A stretch of 11,472 nucleotides of DNA from Octopus sinensis. Lineage: Eukaryota. The notes beneath the pieces were generated by a model that was not told where the DNA came from, did not search any database, and saw nothing but the letters and a program-made list of their open reading frames with translations. Location: NCBI RefSeq assembly GCF_006345805.1, contig NW_021826959.1, positions 1-11,472 on the forward strand. Reading direction: 5' to 3'. Of the stretch, positions 8,787-11,472 are shown piece by piece. Every line of letters begins with the position of its first letter. Within the stretch, counting starts at the first letter, position 1. Made by a program: the position numbers and the translations under genes.

Positions 8787-8897
8787 CTAATAATTAAAAA
8801 CTGGATTACTGATTCATTTTAAGACTAATGTATGACGTATCCCGTAATCCGGCAATACAGAATCGTTGCATTAAATGTTGAAAACTTCTTTAGAGTT

Positions 8898-9018
8898 AAA
8901 TATCGGTTTCAAATTTTGACACAAGGCCAGAAATTTCGGAATTTGAACTTAGAACATAAAGATGGACGAAATGCTGCTAAGCATATTGCCCGGTGTGCTA
9001 ACGATTCTGCTAGCTCAC
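8898..9018 (-). mobile_element. Internally deleted SINE (head, B box and short 3' segment)
   Basis: Minus strand GTGAGCTAGCAGAATCGTTAGCACACCGGGCAATATGCTTAGCAGCATTTCG...TTCTAAGTTCAAATTCCG, then AAATTTCTGGCCTTGTGTCAAAATTTGAAACC. The last part is recalled as the 3' tail of a related subfamily and is less certain. Confidence 0.75.
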
Positions 9019-9021
9019 ATT

Positions 9022-9065
<44 letters not shown>

Positions 9066-9099
9066 TATCACCCACCATCACCATCACCATCACCATCAC

Positions 9100-9147
<48 letters not shown>

Positions 9148-9177
9148 TATCACCATCACCATCACCATCACCATCAC

Positions 9178-9217
<40 letters not shown>

Positions 9218-9262
9218 GCCGTCGTCGTCGTTGCTGTTGTTGTTCTTCTTCGTTTTCGCCTT

Positions 9263-9292
<30 letters not shown>
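9019..9292. repeat. Compound triplet microsatellite (CAT)/(CACCAT)/(CGT)/(TGT)/(CTT)
   Basis: Directly visible. It accounts for the poly-His, poly-Asp and poly-Ser ORFs in the track. Confidence 0.97.
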
Positions 9293-9293
<1 letters not shown>

Positions 9294-9294
9294 A

Positions 9295-9437
9295 GGCGAC
9301 AAGCTGGCAGAATCGTTAGCACGCTGGGTAAAATGCTTAGCAGTCTTTCGCCATTTTTACGCTCTAAGTTCAAATTCCGTCGAGGTCGGCTTTGCCTTTC
9401 ATCCTTTTGGGGTCGATAAAATAAGTACCAGTTGAAC
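9295..9437 (+). mobile_element. 3'-truncated Meta/MESC-like SINE
   Basis: GGCGACAAGCTGGCAGAATCGTTAGCAC...AAGTTCAAATTCC...GGGGTCGATAAAATAAGTACCAGTT, then an abrupt switch to unrelated sequence. Confidence 0.88.
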
Positions 9438-9554
9438 GACTCAGAGTTGCTTTGTTGAGGTGTTATGTTAGTAAGAATATATCGTGGCTTGTGTTCAACG
9501 GGATTGTCCACTGTTGGAAATTTAATTTATGAAAAAATTATAAAAGACGAAGGT
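9438..9554 (+). repeat. Unclassified ~115-bp dispersed direct repeat, copy 2
   Basis: Aligns to 8275-8388. Confidence 0.85.
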
Positions 9555-9580
9555 TTAGATAAGGAAAAGCGAAGTTTTGG

Positions 9581-9993
9581 GACATAATAATTACAGATAA
9601 GGAAAAGCGAAGATACTAACTAATTGACCCATCATACCTGTTTGATTCCAGAACCGTAAACAAGAAGACAAAAAAAATACAATCCCTTAAAATTTGGAAT
9701 AGGAAGAATTTGGAGTATGAGAAGTGTAAAGTTAGTGCCTATAATAATTGGTGCGTTGAGAATAGTAAGCAAGGATGTAGACAAATGGCTGTAGAGGTTG
9801 TTATAGAATGCCCTGAAGAGCTCCTACAGAAAGTTTGTCTCTTAGGAACAGCATGGATTATCAGGAGGGTTCTAAGCACTTGAAAGACAGCTGAAAACTT
9901 GTGAAAATCTAAGATTACAAGTAGTAACCCACTGCTATATAAATCGTATCAGGAATAAGACCGAACCTAAGTCACACCAAATAATAATGATAA
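9581..9993 (+). mobile_element. 5'-truncated, decayed non-LTR retrotransposon with a restriction-like endonuclease (R2/R4-Dong type)
   Basis: Frameshifted translation DIIITDKEKRRY*LIDPSYLFDSR / KYNPLKFGIGRIWSMRSVKLVPIIIGALRIVSKDVDKWL / VIECPEELLQKVCLLGTAWIIRRVLST* (stop at 9881-9883). This matches the (RP)D...D...K and LQK.CLLGT..I.R.VL terminus of REL-endonuclease LINEs. A 3' UTR ends in an (ATA)n-like tail at 9980-9993. Confidence 0.85.
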
Positions 9994-10152
9994 CCAGAAT
10001 CGATCCCAAAATCTAACCACTTCGTGTCAGTCATGAAGTCAATCATTGATGAAAGCTTCATCCGAATCCATCCAGTGGTTCTTGAGGTATCTTGTCCACG
10101 GACAAACAAACAAACAAACACGATTTGCCTTCACTAAAGCGGACGTAATAAT
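9994..10152 (+). mobile_element. Possible 3' end of a non-autonomous DNA element (Helentron/HINE- or Crypton-type, unclassified)
   Basis: CCCAAAATCTAA...TTCATCCGAATCCATCCAGTGGTTCTTGAG.TATCTTGTCCACGG(ACAA)4...GCGGACGTAATAAT. The subterminal (CAAA)n and terminal GCGGA.GTAAT are recalled from such elements. No left end was found. Confidence 0.3.
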
Positions 10153-10199
10153 ATGTTTGCATGCTTATGCAAGATTAATTTGTATGATTTATCCTTCTT

Positions 10200-10780
10200 T
10201 TACAGTCTTCCCCGCCACCTCTTTGTAAAATCTACTACGCATTTCTGCTCATTTCAAATATCGTTTCATAATTATTCTTTACATTGTAGCCATTTCTTTC
10301 AGATCTGAAAATATTATTTCTCCTTACTAATTTCCTCTTCCCCACCATATTCATCTGTGTAGTTCCGTTATTGTGTTTACGTCTTACTATCCAGACCTCT
10401 TTTTGAGTTCTTGCTTGTCCTGCTTCATTTGGCCTCCTTCTCATAACCAACCCTTCCCACCAATTTCATTTGATTTCGATCCTGTTACAACTCTGTCATA
10501 TCTTCCACAAACTACTTTCTTTCCCATTGTACAACATTAATAACATTCACACAAACTTTCATTCATCTCCCCGATATCTTGCTTTGCAACGACTACGCCA
10601 TGTCACACTTCTGCTTTCATTGACTTCCTCAATAGTAATTTAGGATATAAACGGCAGCACTCCTCTATATTTTCTGTCTCTGAAGAAAGGATAGTGTCCG
10701 AAATGTTCGTCGAATTTTCTTCCTAACGGCGTAAAATTCATTCGATTGTTTTATTTTACCCTTACTGTCTTCAAAGCGAC
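10200..10780 (+). mobile_element. Probable second Penelope-like pseudo-LTR remnant with a TATA box and degenerate hammerhead
   Basis: A pyrimidine-rich tract is followed by TATAAA (10646-10651) and CTGAAGA-AA-GGA-TAGTG-TCC-GAAATGT-T (10680-10707). Boundaries are uncertain. Confidence 0.45.
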
Positions 10781-10894
10781 AACTGTGATATCACTGATGA
10801 ATTATATGTGGAAAAGAAAAGACTGCCACGGGCAGAATATCGTTTAACATAGGGGAAACCGATTACACCCGAATTCTATTAAAAAAAACCCCCA

Positions 10895-11472
10895 TTATCA
10901 TCATCATTCCCACCAATATGATCATGATTATCATTATCCTTATGACTTTTTTGATCCTAATCATCATCATCATCTCATCATCAACGTGATGAATATCACC
11001 ATCATCATCATCATCATTATCATCATCATCATCATCTTCATCATCATCATCATCAACATACTCATCATCGTCGTCGTCGTCGTGTTCTTCGTCTTCATCA
11101 CTATCAGCATGATTATGATCATAATCATCATAATCCTCTTCTTCTTCTTCTTCTTCTTCTTCTTCTTCTTCTTCTTCTTCTTCTTCTTCTTCTTCTTCTT
11201 CTTCCCTATCCTCATCCTCCTCATCCTCATATCATCATTATCATAATTATCATCATCATCATCATCGTTGTCGTCGTCGTATTCTTCGTCTTCGTCACTA
11301 TCAATATGATTATGATTATGATGATCATGATCCTCCTCATCCTCATCAGTATGATTATGATCATGATCCTCATGATCTTCCTTCTCCTCTTCCTTCTTCC
11401 TCCTTCTCCTCCTCCTCCTCCTCCGCCTTCCTCCTTCTTCTTCTCCTCCTCCTCCTCCTCATCATCATCATC
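10895..11472. repeat. Long mosaic triplet microsatellite (CAT/CGT/CTT/CCT)
   Basis: Directly visible. It includes about 21 perfect CTT units at ~11137-11203 and runs off the end of the window. Confidence 0.97.

Noticed and set aside
8832-9511. Poly-His, poly-Ser and poly-Asp ORFs
   Set aside because: They are triplet microsatellite plus SINE flanks, open in several frames on both strands.
9813-9835. CTGAAGA...GAAA hammerhead-like string
   Set aside because: There is no stem II, and it is the PEELLQK coding segment of the LINE.
10794-10814. CTGATGA-ATTATATGTG-GAAA hammerhead-like string
   Set aside because: The intervening 10 nt form no stem II and there is no NUH site with stem III.
10970-11246. 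Poly-Lys, poly-Met, poly-Ile and poly-Phe ORFs
   Set aside because: They are triplet-repeat translations.

Overview
AT-rich, repeat-saturated eukaryotic intronic or intergenic DNA. No host gene is recognisable and no listed ORF is credible. The SINE families resemble those I recall from coleoid cephalopods, probably Octopus (inference from memory, not a database search). The main feature is a 1.46-kb composite tRNA-derived SINE at 1333-2792: 14 near-identical 67-bp copies of its 5' head, then 3 more diverged 184-bp copies of its body, bounded by a candidate 7-bp target-site duplication (TSD, AGAAACT). The head array has a higher-order ABBB pattern. Its antisense strand carries an imperfect hammerhead-like core (CUGACGA...GAAA). 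The window also holds two degenerate Penelope-type hammerhead remnants (690-723 and 10680-10707), a mariner 3' remnant, and an R2/R4-type LINE 3' remnant. It further contains chimeric, nested and inverted SINEs, an unexplained ~115-bp dispersed duplication, and many microsatellites.
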